Below are positions 25,681 through 40,410 of a stretch of DNA of 64,000 nucleotides, piece by piece. A program made the translations under genes and the position numbers. Each line of letters begins with the position of its first letter. The first letter of the stretch is position 1. The DNA comes from Leucoraja ocellata (taxonomy: Eukaryota), in NCBI GenBank assembly GCA_036785375.1, contig JAWMAR010000463.1, forward strand, positions 992,001 through 1,056,000, in the 5' to 3' direction. Under the pieces are notes generated by a model that saw only the letters and a list, made by a program, of their open reading frames with translations, did no database searches and had not been told where the DNA came from.

Positions 25681-28414
25681 ATTAGTATAATGGGATAGGA
25701 GGAAAAGAGAATTCCAAAGAAAGGTTACCAGCCCAAAGCGTTATATCTGCTACTCTTTCCACAGATGCTGCTCGGTTTGCTGAGTATTTCCAGCATTTTC
25801 TGTTTTTATTTCAGGTTTTTGTTCTGTAATTTTTTTACATTATGATTACTATATTAGATTCCTTTTGTTAAAGGAGATACCAGGTTAACAAAAAATAAAA
25901 TCATAGATGAACATTATTATACATTTTCTCAAAAATAGTTACATATATGGATAGGAATAACATAAATCATACATTTAGTCAGAAAAGCCTTCTTAAACAT
26001 TTATTGTACTTTTGTATGAGCATTGATGTTACCAAATGAATCGTGAACCCATGCTGTGATCTAGTCTTATTGAAGGTTATTTAGGTTTTGCTGAATCCAA
26101 GATAAAGCATAGTACAAAGGGGCAATTTCTCACCCCCCATTAAGCATTTGGCAGCTGGTAATTTGCAGATGCTATATCAGTTATAAAGCATTAAATTACA
26201 TGAGTTGGATATTTAAAAAGGTTACAAATTAAGCATCTACAATGACACAAATGAGGAAGTAGCTGATGAAAAGTTGAGGTAACTTCACAAAGCGTTAGTT
26301 GCCTTAAAATAATGAAGTATTGGGTGCTAATTGTGGATTACTGTTACGTATAGATTTATTTCCCTGGATTAATAATCTTTTTGTTTGATGTTGAAGATTT
26401 TATAAAATTTTGTCTTTTTTCATCCCCATTTGTATAAGGACTTTGTAGACGGTGCTTTCTTCTGGACTAAAATAAAATAGCAGATTATAGCATCTGTCAG
26501 TTGAGTTTGATCCTGAGCTTTGCCAAGCGACTTGCATTAAACTGGACGGCAGTAAAGTGGCAACTATTAGGCTTCTCTCGCCAAGGCTGGTGCTTAGTAG
26601 GTTGTAGCAACTTCTTGGGCATGGACAGCAAGCAAGGACAAGGTTGGCATTGCAAAAACAAATGAAATCTGACCATGGGAATATTTTAACTGCTTCAATG
26701 GTATGAAAACTTCTTGGACATCATAGCATGATGGAATTCTGCTTTTAGAATTGATTCTTTTTTTTTTGGCCAATTTTTTAGTCAATAATCAATAAATTGT
26801 GAAATATTAAATTTTGTTTGCAAGTTCAGGTTGCAACATGGAACTAGCAGCACTGTGAAATGGGTACTTGGTCTAGTGAGTCTGTGACTGTGAATATTCC
26901 ATGTGCGCTTCCTGCCGCCTTGCTTCATCAAATCCAACAATATTAGCTATTCCCATCCCATCCAGTACTTGGCTTTCTCCAAAGTACTTTTATGCTATTC
27001 CACTCAACAGCTAACTTGATAGCAAGTTGGGCAAAGGAAGTTTTTCTGAAAATTGTTAGATTTACCAATGACTATCATGTCTCTAGAGTTCATGTTTTGA
27101 TGTTGCCTGACATGCAAAAAGAGCTCCTGTACATAATGAATACACTGTTTCAGACTCAAAAGTCTGATAAGCTGATCCCTCAGCATTTTTCTTAATACAA
27201 TCAACCAGTCTCTTCAGTTTTTCTTGATAGTATTGGCCTCCCAGATTTAGCACCATCCATGTACATGTTTTTTGTTTTTTTTTTTTGCCCAGTTCAGTAC
27301 CTCCATATGCTGTTTGTCCAGGAGCTGGGCGTGGCTACTAAAAATGATATTGTAGGAGTTTAGTTTCACCTCTTGTAGCTCTTCTGTGTACACTTTATAT
27401 TTTTAATATCTGGAAATTGTGTGGAGTTTGGCGTCTAAGGCTATTGGAGAAACTGTTGGCTGATCTTTTTGATCAGGATTCTGCCTCTTCACTCAGTCCA
27501 CAGAAGGAGTCATGGAGTGCATGTGTTGACCACGGTTTGTTGGTAGGAGTCTGACCTCTTGAGTCAATAAATTGTGGCTTTTTAAAAATGAAAACCTTCC
27601 CTCCCCTCTTTTAAATCCTGCAATATTGTTTATTTGGTTTTTTTTTATAGAAGCCTTAGACAGGGCCCATGATGTTTTCATTGGTTTAAGATGTCACTTG
27701 ATGCTTCATGGAGCTGTCAAAGCAGGTTGATTCTGCATTTGATCTCAGCCTGGTCTATAGCAAGATGGGTTATCTCACCTAAAGATGCAGTAGAAGTGCT
27801 GAACACAGTTTCCTTTCTTTAATCCAGGAAGGAAGGAAATCAGATTTCACATACTTACCACCCACTCACTGTCAGACATTAGGAAATGGCAGTGCATGAA
27901 CATGGATGAGGATGGCCTTGCACTTGGCAGAGATATCCACCTCCTCTGTGGTTGAGTAACTGGCTTAAATGTAAAGAATAACCACTTGATTGAAGTCCAA
28001 GAGACGACTTTAAACATTTAGAGAGGTTGTGGTTTGTTGTGTAAAAGATAGCATGGTCAAGAATAATTACATACATTTGGTATGAATGGGAGATGAGGTA
28101 TGGAAAACAAAATGGTGGGAATACTCAGCAGGTTTCGCAATATCTGTGAAGAGAGAAACAGTTCACTTTTCAAGTTGTTAATTGTTTCCCATAAATACTG
28201 ACGGACCAGATGAGCACAAAACTAAAACAGAAAATGCTGGAAATATTCAGCAGGTCAGGCTGCATCTGTGGGAAGGGAAACCGATCCACAAATGTGGCCA
28301 GCTCTGCTGACTATTTCCAGCATTTTCTGCTCTTTTAGATTTCCAGCATCTGTAGTGTTTTTTTTCCTATTCTGAGCATTTCGACAACGCTGTATCCATT
28401 TGTTATTTAGTTTG

Positions 28415-28535
28415 GAGGTAGACAAAAATGCTGGAGAAACTCAGCGGGTGAGGCAGCATCTATGGAGCGAAGGAAATAGGCAACGTTTCGGGCCGAAACC
28501 CTTCTTCAGACTGATTATTTATTATATGATCGGAC
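28415..28535 (-). mobile_element. Penelope-derived short element with hammerhead-like core
   Basis: Reverse copy of the same element. 14-bp duplication TGTTATTTAGTTTG at 28401-28414 and 28536-28549. Confidence 0.8.
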
Positions 28536-29859
28536 TGTTATTTAGTTTGTCTAGTTTCTCCACTCCACCCCTCGCCCCTTCCATTCTACACTGAAAGCTT
28601 TGAAGAGTGTTCATGGGATATTGCAGCACACTATGTTATGTTACACAAAACGAGTAAATATCCATTGCTCTGCAGCACCATCTGGTGTTTGCCTGAATAT
28701 TCATTCTTCACTATACTTCCATAGTATCTATTTGTTATTACTGTGCACAAAAGCAGAGAAGATCCCCTGTGTTATCCAGCAAAATCAAATTGGTCCAAAA
28801 TCAAATCAAAACAAGGTTGTCAAATCCTTCATGATTGTGAATATCTGTGCCACATCTGTTCTCACCTTTCTCGGTTGTAAGGGGAACCATTTTAGCTCTG
28901 CCACCTCCACAAAAATAAAATCTCTCATTCCTGCTATCATTGTGATAAATCACATCAACACTTTCACTGAGGCCTAGACAATCGTAAAGGACAGTGACAG
29001 GAAGTTAATATGATGATCCATGAGATCTCAGAGTGGTTTGTCAAGGTTCAGCATGACTTTATATTCGTAATAAAGACAGCATAAAATTTGGCTTCCCGGA
29101 ATATCCTGCCACCTTCAAATATCCCAGATTCTTGTGTTCCTGCCCACGGGTCAAGATTGTGCCTTTGATTGTGTTTTGATAGTCTTTTCAAAGCATGTCA
29201 CAGCACTTATTTGCGTCAAATAACTACACTTTGATTTGTGTTGTTCTGAACTCTTGCAACCCTCTCATTGCTTGCCATATTTTCAATCTTAGTGTTAGCT
29301 ATCACTAATGAGCTGATTTAGTGCATTCAGAGGTACTCACACTATCTCTGTCCTCCCTTATCCAAGTGACCCTGTGTGATCAGCAACTGTGGTGGTTTTT
29401 TGGAAAAATAGCTCACGCAGTTTAGTACTGGAACTAACTCTGGCTGAATACTGATCCCTATTTATATCGGCAGGCTGACTTTCTGGTGTTTTGATCTCTC
29501 TAGTACTTGGTCTGGATAGGTACTGACTGTAAGGGATATTGTACCCTGCCGTTTCTGGCAGGAGATCTGATTGTTTTGTATAACTGGTTCTTCGTGTGGG
29601 TATCTTGGCACATTACCATCGATCGCCCAATCTTGTTACTGGCTCAAAATCTGTTCCTGTCATCTTTCTTTTGGTACCGTGTAGAAGGTGCAGAAATGTT
29701 GCAGCAGCGAATTTCACAGTTGATATTTGTGGTGCTTCATTTGCACACTTGGCAGTCAGACAATTGTAACATTTTCAAGTTGTTTTACAGTGTGTCAAGA
29801 CCTTTGAGTGTATTTCCTCCTTGTGTTCTAGGTTACTTCATTTTACCAAACTATCCCTT

Positions 29860-30320
29860 GGCCTAACTCATCTATGCCGACTAAGATACCCATCTACATT
29901 AGTCCCATTTGCCTGCGTTTGACCCATATCCCTCTTAAACCAAATCCTATCCATGTACCTTGTACCAATGTCTTTCTAAATGTTTCTATGTACCTGCCTC
30001 AATCACTACCTCTGGTAGCTTATTCAACATGCGTACCGCCCTCAATGTGGGAAAAAAACTCCCCATTTGTTTTCTATTAAAGCTTTCCCCTCTCACCTGA
30101 AACCTACACCCGCTAGGTCTTGATTCACCAACCCTGGTGAAAAGACTGTACCTTCACCCCATTTTTGCCCCTCATGATACTTTTATTCCTGTATAAGGTC
30201 ACTACTCAATCTCCTAAACTCCAAGAAATAAAGTTTCAGCCCGCCTAATCTTTCCCTATAACTCAATCCCTCAAGTCATGGCTACATCATTGTAAATCTC
30301 TGCTCCACTCTTTCCAGCTT
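29860..30320 (-). mobile_element. CR1 LINE 3' fragment
   Basis: TAGTCCCATTTGCCTGCGTTTGACCCATATCCCTC tail motif and reverse RT C-terminus. Confidence 0.75.
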
Positions 30321-33300
30321 AATTCCGGTTGTTTCCAAATGTATTGAATGATACCAGCTTTAATATCTTTCAAGATGATGTGTAGTGTGGTTTGCTGAAT
30401 CAATGCAAAATAACAAAAATAAGTCCATGGGGTAAGAATATGGCTAGCCAATCACAGTCTCTTAATAACTGCATAACCATTTTACATGAGTATTGTTTTT
30501 AATTTTTTTCTAAAATGGGAAAACCAATATTGCAACAGATTCAATGAAAATTAGCAACACATCAAATCTGTCTGCACTTCTTTATTTACTGTGGCATATA
30601 AAGAGAAATAATTTAGAATTAAATAGTTAATGAAGTCAATTGTTAAAAGTAGAATTTCGTGGGACTTTAATTTGTCAGAACCAAGTTGTTCACAGGTCAA
30701 GGTTCAATGGGTTTTCCTGAATGTACTTGTCACTCGGATCTGCTGTTTAACAAATGTGTATGTCCATTATAGTGACGATCATCAAATAGTATTACAGAAA
30801 AAAAAGGATATTGGATTTTTTGATAGAATTTTTTGAAAAAGCTAACCAGATTTGTATGAAAGTCTTACATGGAGAATAGTTTAGATGTACTGAACACAGC
30901 CACCAACACTTCACTCCCTCTCCCTCCTCTTACCCTTGAATCTCCTATCTTCTACTACAGCATCAGAAAATGTGTTGCCTGATACTACATTAGTTGGTAC
31001 TGCACGACTAGCTTAGTTTGTTGATTGAACCCAGAGTATCCACTTTGGCCATTGGTTTAAGCAATGCTATTTCTTGGATCGTTAGCTGGTATAGAGATAA
31101 GGCTTTGATATCTTTGATATGATGTACCATGTTTGGTACCATATTGGATATTGGTGCTGCATTGGCAACTACATTTATCAAATGACCTTGCACAACTGGT
31201 TTGGTTCGTTGTTGATACAGCATTGCTGTGACTTGTTTCACTGGTTAGTATTCTGTTATTCATTGGCAGTTACAATTGGCACAAATTGGATCATTGGGTG
31301 GACCCAATAGCTCAGTTCATGGGTTGGTATTGATTTGCCCCACATTATCTCCTTCATTCTGGATCATTGTTTGGTCTTCCATTGCCAACTTAAATTATTG
31401 GTTGGTACACAGTTACCAGCTTGGCCTGGTAGCAACTTCTCGGTAGGATAAAAAGTGTCAAGAAACGTTACTTGGGGAATATGAATCACTCAGTCTAAGT
31501 CTTATTGAATGACCCAGGAGCATGTGCTCCATTTATGATATAATTATAAGGTTCATTAAAGGCTGTTTCCAACCTGCTGAATTCGCCTTGTTGGCACAGA
31601 TGGCCAAATTTGTGTACGTTTCCCACTCTCCCGTGGATTGCTCACAATGTCAACGTGAAATCTGTGCAACAAATATTTGTTGTAAGTCCTCTGCCGACCA
31701 TTGAGGGTCCCTACAAAAGAAATTCTGAACCAGTTGGAAGTTTATTTCGAGGAGGCTGTCAACAGCACCTTGGCGTACTCCAGAAGAGACTGTGTCTGTG
31801 CTCAGCAACACTAATGAAAATGTTGATGGCAAGCATGTCATTGGAGGCAGCATTGTACAATGAGCAGGGTACAGATCTCTTCTGATACACCAATGGACTA
31901 TTCACTCCTCACAACCAAGTGATTGGATTGCCTGTTCAGCACAAGTATTTCATTTTTCTTTTGACACTCTGTCTCAGCCCCTTTATTTTCTGCCCCTCAA
32001 TAGCCTGCCTTCTCTTTCAGGGTGGCGGGTGGGATTGTCCTTTTGATGTCATACAGTTTACCAGAGCAAGCAAATAATAGTCTGGGGTCCTACGTCACTA
32101 CTTCCATTAAATCTGATACCTTTAAATGCTTCACAGCCAAAAGCTCCAAGAATGATTTGCCTCATCTCAGAGTGAGATAAGAGAACATCTACTTGGCAGT
32201 CACCAAAGCTACAGGACATCACAATAGACAATTAAAACTATATTTGAAGGCTACTATACTGCAAAGTGCAGGAGCGGTGGATGGCTCTGGTACCAAAAGG
32301 TAAAGTGGTACATTGCTTATGTAAACTGGGAGTGTTTTACTTCAAATGCTTTTGACAAAGGAAAAAGTGCTTTAATGCACTAAAGCTCATTAATTCTTAA
32401 CATGTACAGTAATTAGTAGTCGGATGGGAAGGCACAGGCATTTGAGTACGAGATGTTTGAATCATTTTATATGCTATATCTGAACCCTTCACTTTGTTAA
32501 ACCTTAAACTGCTTGCTTCCTGGGCTCCACTTGTGATGTGTGCAGGTTTAGTAGAACTTTGTAAATCTCCCAGGTGCGTGCTTCAAGTCTCCATGCAAAC
32601 AAATGTGTTATGTTGATCATGTGATTGCTTAGAAATTTATTAACTCTTTTGTGGGTTGTTCTACTATGTACAGACCCTGATGATTGCAAAGCTACTTGAG
32701 AGACAAGCCTTTGTTTTGGTCTATAATGGCTTATAAACAGTAGAAACCTGAAGTAGATGATGTAATGTAAACTGTTGAATATTTTTATACTGTGGATGTT
32801 GGGGAAAAGGAGAGTAATTAAGTCAGATGGTAGTGTTCATGACCTCCTGAGAAATTACCTTTAGTTTGTTTCCATGTAATTAAAAGCAACTTTTTAAACA
32901 TGTTTAATAATTGTCTGTGTCTTAATTATTTAACTATCTTAAAATGCTGTAGTAGTGGAATATTTAGTATATCCCACAGTTGAGACCAGTCCAGAAGCCC
33001 TCATTCACATCTGTAGATTTGGCAGCTCTCGTACTTGGATAACCTATTGATCCTCTAGTTCGATTAATATGAGTTATCCTTTAGACAGTGTGTATCTACA
33101 GTGCATTATGATTCTATGATAGTTTCTATGATTGATTATTAGTAATTTTTGTGTTTTGGGTCCACTGACTCCAGCTGCTGTCCGCAACTGAATTGTCGGC
33201 CCTGTGCAGTGTTTGAGTCAGGATGACAGCAATGTATAACGAGGCATGTAGATATTCTTCACTTTAACTGAAGGCACCCCTCAATACAAATCACTGAATT

Positions 33301-35527
33301 TTCCTTTTTCAGGCTGGGCAGTGTCCAGGGAAAGAATTGCAATTTGTCACACACTAGGGCAGCCTGCATAGTCTAGGTGGGCCATGCTGTTACAGCAAGT
33401 TGCCAGTTTCAGGAGTGCACGGACACTTTTGTAAGTATTTGATAAATGTTATGTTGTCTGTTATGAGGAATGTGCTTGCTAAATCCTATAGACCTATCAG
33501 GACTGGAGGTTATGTGGTAGTTGAGATGGAGGTGTTTGTAGGTGGTGGCTTTGTGACCTTGTGTTCTAGCCCCCAGTCAGGCCAATGGGCTGGTGCAGGG
33601 CACAACGTGTTGCAGTTACTCGCTTTGGCCCGTGGGCAGATGTCACTCGAGCATAACCTTCAGAATCTCGTCACTTTGGTTCTCCCATCTTCCTGCATCC
33701 TAGATATGTAACCCTTGTTCCAGCACCATAGCAAAGCCCTGGTTAATTTGTCTGGATAACAACATGTATACTGTGCTTTCCATAGCAACAGATCATAAAC
33801 TGCAAACACCGTTCACGTTGCTGGAGACTGCAACATAACTGAGATTTTTTTTGGCAGCACATTAAACCAAGCATTTCTGTAGCAATTGAGTATCTCCAGT
33901 CTTCTCCACACATGCAGTTTCCTCCCCTGACAGAAAGCTCCATGTGCTGTAACTCTGTGGCAGAGGCCCATGGTAAGCGTACTTCATGTCAGTTAGCATC
34001 ATCGGAGGATTGTGAATTTTCTTGATTGCTGGAAGGATAATAGAATTGATTGAATTGCCCTATTTTGTAGCAATTCAATTAATCAAAGATCATCATTTCA
34101 ATCATTTTTTTGGGATCATTAACGGGGAGGGAATCTGATGGCTCCATCAGCAACAGTGTCCCAGTCAGTGCCTAAATGCTTAGACGCAGTAGCAGCTGTT
34201 TCTTATTTAGGCCAATAATGTTTTGATCATCTTTTCATTGTAGCACTTACCATGGTGCTGCAGTGATAATATTCCCTGTTGATTGACCATGGTAAATAAG
34301 GACAGAGCAGGCATGTATGTTAAATTATGCTACGATTACTGTGTTTGCTATTCCATCCTTTGACCACTGGCATCGCCCGTCTACTGTGATAAATCACCCC
34401 AGTCTGTTTGTGCGTTGGTTGGGTGTACGCCTTGTAGGTCATTTGTTAAGTTTATGTTGAGCTTCTCGTATTGTACGGTTAATGATGACTGGGCAAAGTA
34501 TCCAATTCTCCCTCCTTCCAGGGACAACACAACCAAGAACACCCACTTTCATACAGCAAAGCCACAATATTCAAACAGCACAAAGCCACCAGTATATGAT
34601 AGACACGGAGTAGTACACAGCCTATTATGGGGCTGTTGCTGGGTTGACATGATAGAATCCTTGGGCCACCTAAGAGATGGATACGCCAATGATTAATGAT
34701 CGAGAAGATGATATTGAATAGCTTCTCAAGCAGTTCAGAGAAAATTAAATTTGTGTAATTTCCTTTTTCTCTCCTGCCTCCCACGTTTTCTGGGTTTGTT
34801 TGATAACTTAGTCTGCTGAAATAGAGCTGGCCGCAAGAGTGTTTTAGCTATAAATATATAAGGAGTAGAAATAATCTGATGACACTGTAATTCTGCATAA
34901 GAAAAATGTACCTCGTTTCTCTTTTGTGATGCTACAATGATGATTATGTGGCGACAATACATAAGTGATACAGAGCTGTTACCATGTGCCTTCAATGGGA
35001 TACTTGTAATGTTGATTGGAGTACAGTTTATATACAAGAATCTGTTTAGACTAGGTTTGTTTTTGTATCATATATTCCAGACATTCTGAATTGGATTTTA
35101 AAACTAGCAGTGTTATGCTGATCATCTCTTACTAAACTAGAAGTGTTTTTTTTTTTGCATTTTGTAAAATGACTGAGTACATACCAGTCCCACAGGCATG
35201 TGTTTTTTGTACTAGCAAGTTATATTCCCTGTATTGTGTACTTACAGGATGGATGTAATATGACTTATTAATAAATGTCTAGAACAAATGCAAAGTGTTT
35301 ATTTATTCTCCCAATGGGGCAAAATTGGTGTTGCACAATTGTTCCATTTTTCTTCGACAAATCCCTGTACTCTAATCATGTTTCTGCTTTACCTCTGTCC
35401 CTGTTCTCAATTATCACCAGTTTGTTTGCTCTCTTTTCTCTTGATCAGATGCCTGTTGGATTGCTAGAGGGAGTGAGACAATACATGCAGTGTGGGGTTG
35501 GTCCACACTGTTCTACAGCCTCTGCAT

Positions 35528-35881
35528 AGTCAATCCTGGGACAGAGCCTTCTCCAGGGCAGCTCCCAGGCTCTGGAACTCCCTCCCCCAACTGATCCGCA
35601 ATTCCGTGTCCCTCACCATCTTCCAGTCCCGCCTCAAGACCCATCTCTTCACCTCTGCCTATCCTTAGCCCCACGTCCCCCTCCCTTTTCATCTGTGCAT
35701 TAATTGCCTCATATTGTGTTTTGAATTGAATTGTGTCTTTACTTTGTGTACTAGTCATGTCTCTACTATTTATTTCATTCCCCTTGCATGTTTTTCCTCT
35801 ACCTGCTAAATTTTTGTAGGGTGTCCTTGAGACTCTTGAAAGGCGCCCATAAATAAAATGTATTATTATTATTATTATTAA
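35528..35881 (+). mobile_element. L2-like LINE 3' end with (TAT)n tail
   Basis: LWNSLP...LKTHLF motif, then GGTGTCCTTGAG...GAAAGGCGC..TAAATAAAATG(TAT)n. A short reverse copy lies at about 60193-60330. Confidence 0.75.
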
Positions 35882-38800
35882 TCCTGTACCATTTGTGCCA
35901 GTGTTCTCTCAGCGTCCAGTGTTCCTTAGCCTCAATCCAGTTTATTTGCCTCAAATAGTCACCATTGCCTCACAAACATTGTGACCTTGTTCCCTTTCCT
36001 TCAATTATCCTTGCCTCCCTTCTTAATAGCTGTCTTGCCCTTGGCGCTTCCTGGAGCCAATGAATGGACTCAACTTTTGGGTTGGCGTTGGGGCTTCCTT
36101 GAGTCAATCCTTCCCACATGGGGGGAGGGGGGCAAAAATCTCACTCTCTCCTTACTCCCCATTAAGCTGCTGATCCCATTGTCTCTCTGTCACCTCTCCC
36201 TCCCTCTCCTTTTCCCTACCCTCAGTCACTCCCTCCCTCACCTCTCCCCTTTCGCACTCCCCCACTAAAGACAAAGTTTAAATAACATTTCTTCTCCTCC
36301 CATCCCCCGCTCTGTCAACTCTCATAGCTTCTGTATTGGCAGCAGAGATCACATTGTGATGTCGTTTTCGGTGTTCGGAATCTTCAATGGGGACCGCCGT
36401 GGGGGGCGGTGGGAGAACAAAGGGGGAGCCGGCCTGGGGAGCACTCTAGTTTAGAATGCAGGGGATAAGTCTGTGTATGTTTGTTTGTTTGTTCATTTGT
36501 TCCAGTGAAGGCGCTCTGCACACAGCAGCCAGCCAACAGTTGCTTGTCTTTTTTCTTTTTCTTTTCAATTGTAATTTCAAGTTTTTGTGAACCTTGTGTG
36601 TTGTGACTGTCGGCAGACCAATTTCCCTCCAGGGATTATATCATATCGTATCGTAAAATGAAATGACTAAGTCAATTCCACAATACCTGACCGATTTTAA
36701 TTTCCAAAGTAAGAGCTCGGGTTATTTCCACATCGATCTTCACCTCCTATCCTCACTCTCCTTTTTTATTCCAGGGCATTTGAAACATTTGTCAAATATT
36801 AACGGTGCAGCTGAGCACTGGGCCAAGAGTTCAATTGCTCCCCTTGTTGAGTACCAATGGCCCTTTCTAATCATAGCACAAACATCTCACAAAATGGGGT
36901 AAAAGTCCAGTTAAAAACACAAAGTCTTCCAAACATATCCTTTGTTAGATGTGAAATTTGAACTGCAAATAAAATATTAGCTTCCAGTGACGCAGATCAA
37001 GTGCAATTTGATTCGGTTTCCAATTGATTTAAGGGTCGGAAAGAATAGATGCCAATTATCTTATTTGATATGTGGTGTCACTGATGCCCACGTCACTTTG
37101 TTTCTGATGTAAACGCAATGTTCTCATAGTCTGTGAGTTATGAAGTTATCCTCTCCTCCCTCATCAGTACACACTCAGCAAGCCTTTGTTTATTTCTGTT
37201 AATTTCTCAAAAATAATTTGGGAACAAATTGTACAGAAATAATTTACATGAGTTACATGAAATTTAGTAATCGGAGCAAATCCAACTTTCTGATAATTGA
37301 CAAAATAATTTCAAGCATTATTTATTATTCCAGCTATTCCTGTCAATATCCTTCCATCAGAGACTTTAATTAATTGTATTAGTACATGGAGATTTTCCCC
37401 AGAAAGCATATTGTTTCCCTTTATGTTAATAAAACTTTATTGGACCTTACAATTGGACTGCGTATGTCATTGGTAACAATCTCCCCCCACACATCAGTTT
37501 TTGCATCTTCAGGGCAGTCCATCCTCTTTCACATGCACTGAATTGTTGGTGAAGTGTCAATGTACAGACTACAGGAAGGTCTATCAGGCTGAGAAGAAGT
37601 CAAATAGCCAGTTAAGCTGCCTTGATGGTGGTCGGTCGACGGTTGACTATTAGCCAAGATATCAATTAACCCTTTTCAATGAATGCAATGGAATCTCTTA
37701 GCTTTACCTGAACAGCAATCAAATTAATTGGATGAATATTATTTGCAGCACAACTATGATTATCCATTGTACAGGAATCGAAAATACACTGGTTGGACAT
37801 TTGACGCGCTCCCTTCCCACTAACCAGGGCTCTGGTTCTTGACCTCACAACATATAAGGTGCTGTTCCTCCAATTTGCGTTTGGTTTCACTCTAACAATG
37901 GAGGAGGCCCAGGACAGAAAGGTCAGTATGGGAAGAGGAGTTAACGTGTTTGGCAGGCAGACTGAGCACAGGTGTTCAGCAAAATGATTGCCCAGTTTGT
38001 GCTTACACCCCAATCAGTTGCATAACTACCCTGCAACAAAACCCTGAGCTCTTGTGTATCCTCCACACTCTACTGGTGGACATGCCTTCATCTGCATTGG
38101 TCCTCAGCTCTGTGATTCCTAACACTGGCCCCTGTGGCACAGCATGCAACAATGTGTAATTATGGTTCTGTGAAACGACTTGGATGATGTTCTATGACGT
38201 TATTTAAAGTAAGACAATCCGTGGTTTATTAAATCCCCAGCTATTATTTTGTTGTGTTACCTTCTCCCGTTCTCACACCCCCACCTTTTCAGTTCCACTG
38301 ACACAAACAATACAGCATCTGTTCCTGACGAAGCTAGTGGCCAACTCGCCATCTTTTTTTTTGATATTGCGTTTAGTATGTGGGGGGTGGGTAACACATG
38401 TCGAAAGGGGGTTCTGTATTGATAGCAATGATTAGACAGCTGCTCAGTGATCCACCAGGGGTTTGTTTAATTATTGACCTGTAGAATCGACATTGATCTT
38501 CTAACCTTCTCACGACCAGCTGTAATATGACGGAGACTCCTGATGGATGCTAGAGCTAATGGTTAAACATCATGACAAGCATATTAATGCAATTACTTAA
38601 CAATCATTATCTAATCCAGTTGAAACATAAAGTTAAGAAAGAAAATGCTGTAATGGCAATTCCGGTAGGAACATTATTTTCTTTTTAAACCCATCTTTTG
38701 AATCAGCAGCCCACCACTCAGGATCTACGGTGTGGTGTCTGCTTCTATGTGATTGTGTAGAGTCCCCACCTATCTTCTAGGCCCTGCTCCATGTTACAAT

Positions 38801-39159
38801 AACATCCAACTTACACCAAACGTATAGTAAAATCATAGTGTCATGGATAATATTAATCATAGTGCATGGAAACAGACCTTTCAGCCCAACTTGTTTGGTC
38901 CAGCCAAAATGCCCCATCCAGGTTACTCCCATTTGCCTGCGTTGCCTATTTCTTTCGCTCCATAGATGCTGCTGCACACGCTGAGTATCTCCTTCGATTT
39001 TCCAGCATCTGCAGTTCCTTCTTAAAAACTCTTACTTGTTGCAGTTTAGCAAGCCCATAAAGGCAATAACACACACATGTTTTGATTTTTTCAACACACT
39101 TTGATTTTTTCAAAAAGATAACAAAAGATATTCTAGTGAGCAGTAATACTGGTGTGGTT

Positions 39160-39990
39160 TTCCATGTATCAGTAAGGCTTTTGACAAGGTCTCACATGGA
39201 TAACTGGTCCAAAAAGTTAGAAGCAAGTTGGCAAACTGAATCCCAAATTGACTTGGTAATAGGAGGGTGATGGTAATGGTGATGGTGGAGGTTTGTTTTT
39301 GTGATTGGAAACATGTGATCAGTGATGTGCCACAGTGATCAGTGTGGAACCCATACTGTATTTTTTAATATACACAAACAACGGATATGAATGCAGGAGG
39401 CATGATTGGTATGGTTGCTGATGTCACAAAAGTCAAAGATATTGTTGAAAGTGAGGGCAACAGTCTTAGGCTACAGATTATGCCGTTCTTTTGGTAAAGT
39501 GGACAAGGCAATGGCAGATAAAATGTAATCCTGATAAGTAGAAGATTATGCATTTTGGAACTAATTAGGATAGGATATACAGTCTGGATGGTAGGACTTT
39601 AATTCCAAAGATCCATGATGGCAACAGGTAATTGGATAATATGGTGTAGAAAGCATATGAGACACTTGCCTTCATTAGCCAGGACTTAGAATATAAGATG
39701 TTATGGCACATTTTTGTAAACCATTGGTTAGAACATGGGTGGAGCGCTTTGTATCGTTTAGATCACCACGCCATTGGTAGGATGTGAATGTACTGGAGAG
39801 AGGAAAGAGAGGATTCACTAAGATGTAACCTAGAAACTTGTTTTCCGTAGGAGAGTTGTCCATCGTTAGAGGGCATAGATTTATGGTAAGGGATACAAGG
39901 TATAGAGGAGACCTGAGATCTGCGGGGATCGCTAGTCGAAGTATGTTAGTTGGGCCGAAGGGCCTGTTTCCGCTAAATCTCTAAACGAAA
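39160..39990 (+). mobile_element. Degraded CR1 LINE RT fragment
   Basis: AAGGCTTTTGACAAGGT (KAFDKV), a degraded ADDTK region and tail GGGCCGAAGGGCCTGTTTCC. Confidence 0.75.
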
Positions 39991-40211
39991 CCAGCTTTAT
40001 ACGCGGACATTATCATGCCATGGAGTGATGGGATATTCCCTGTAAATGGTGGTCTTGTTCGTCCTGTTAACAGGGGCGCCGGCACTCTCAGCATAGCCCA
40101 TCTGCCACAGAATGTTGCATAGGTTCAGGGGAGGCGAACACGGGCAGTGAGCGGCGAGAACACTGAATATAATAAATGCAGCCTCGCCAAGTCAGGCTCT
40201 TGTTAACAGTG

Positions 40212-40410
40212 TTCAAGAAGGAACGGCAGATGCTGGAAGATCGAAGGTACACAACAAAATGCTGGAGAAACTCAGCGGGTGCAGCAGCATCTATGGAGCG
40301 AAGGAAATAGGCAACGTTTCGGGCTTCGGCCCGAAACGTCGCCTATTTCCTTCGCTCCATAGATGCTGCTGCACCCGCTGAGTTTCTCCAGCATTTTTTT
40401 GTGTACCTTC
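40212..40410. mobile_element. Palindromic Penelope-derived short element
   Basis: Near-perfect inverted arms 40243-40410. 14-bp flanking duplication TCTTGTTAACAGTG at 40198-40211 and 40409-40422. Confidence 0.85.

Noticed and set aside
30985-31430. TTGG-rich quasi-periodic tract
   Set aside because: No stable period could be established. Probably decayed low-complexity sequence.
31490-31900. Coding-looking stretch (KEILNQLEVYFEEAVNS...), possibly an LTR gag relic or exon
   Set aside because: Short, interrupted by stops, with no convincing splice sites or recognisable homology by eye. It would need tBLASTx.
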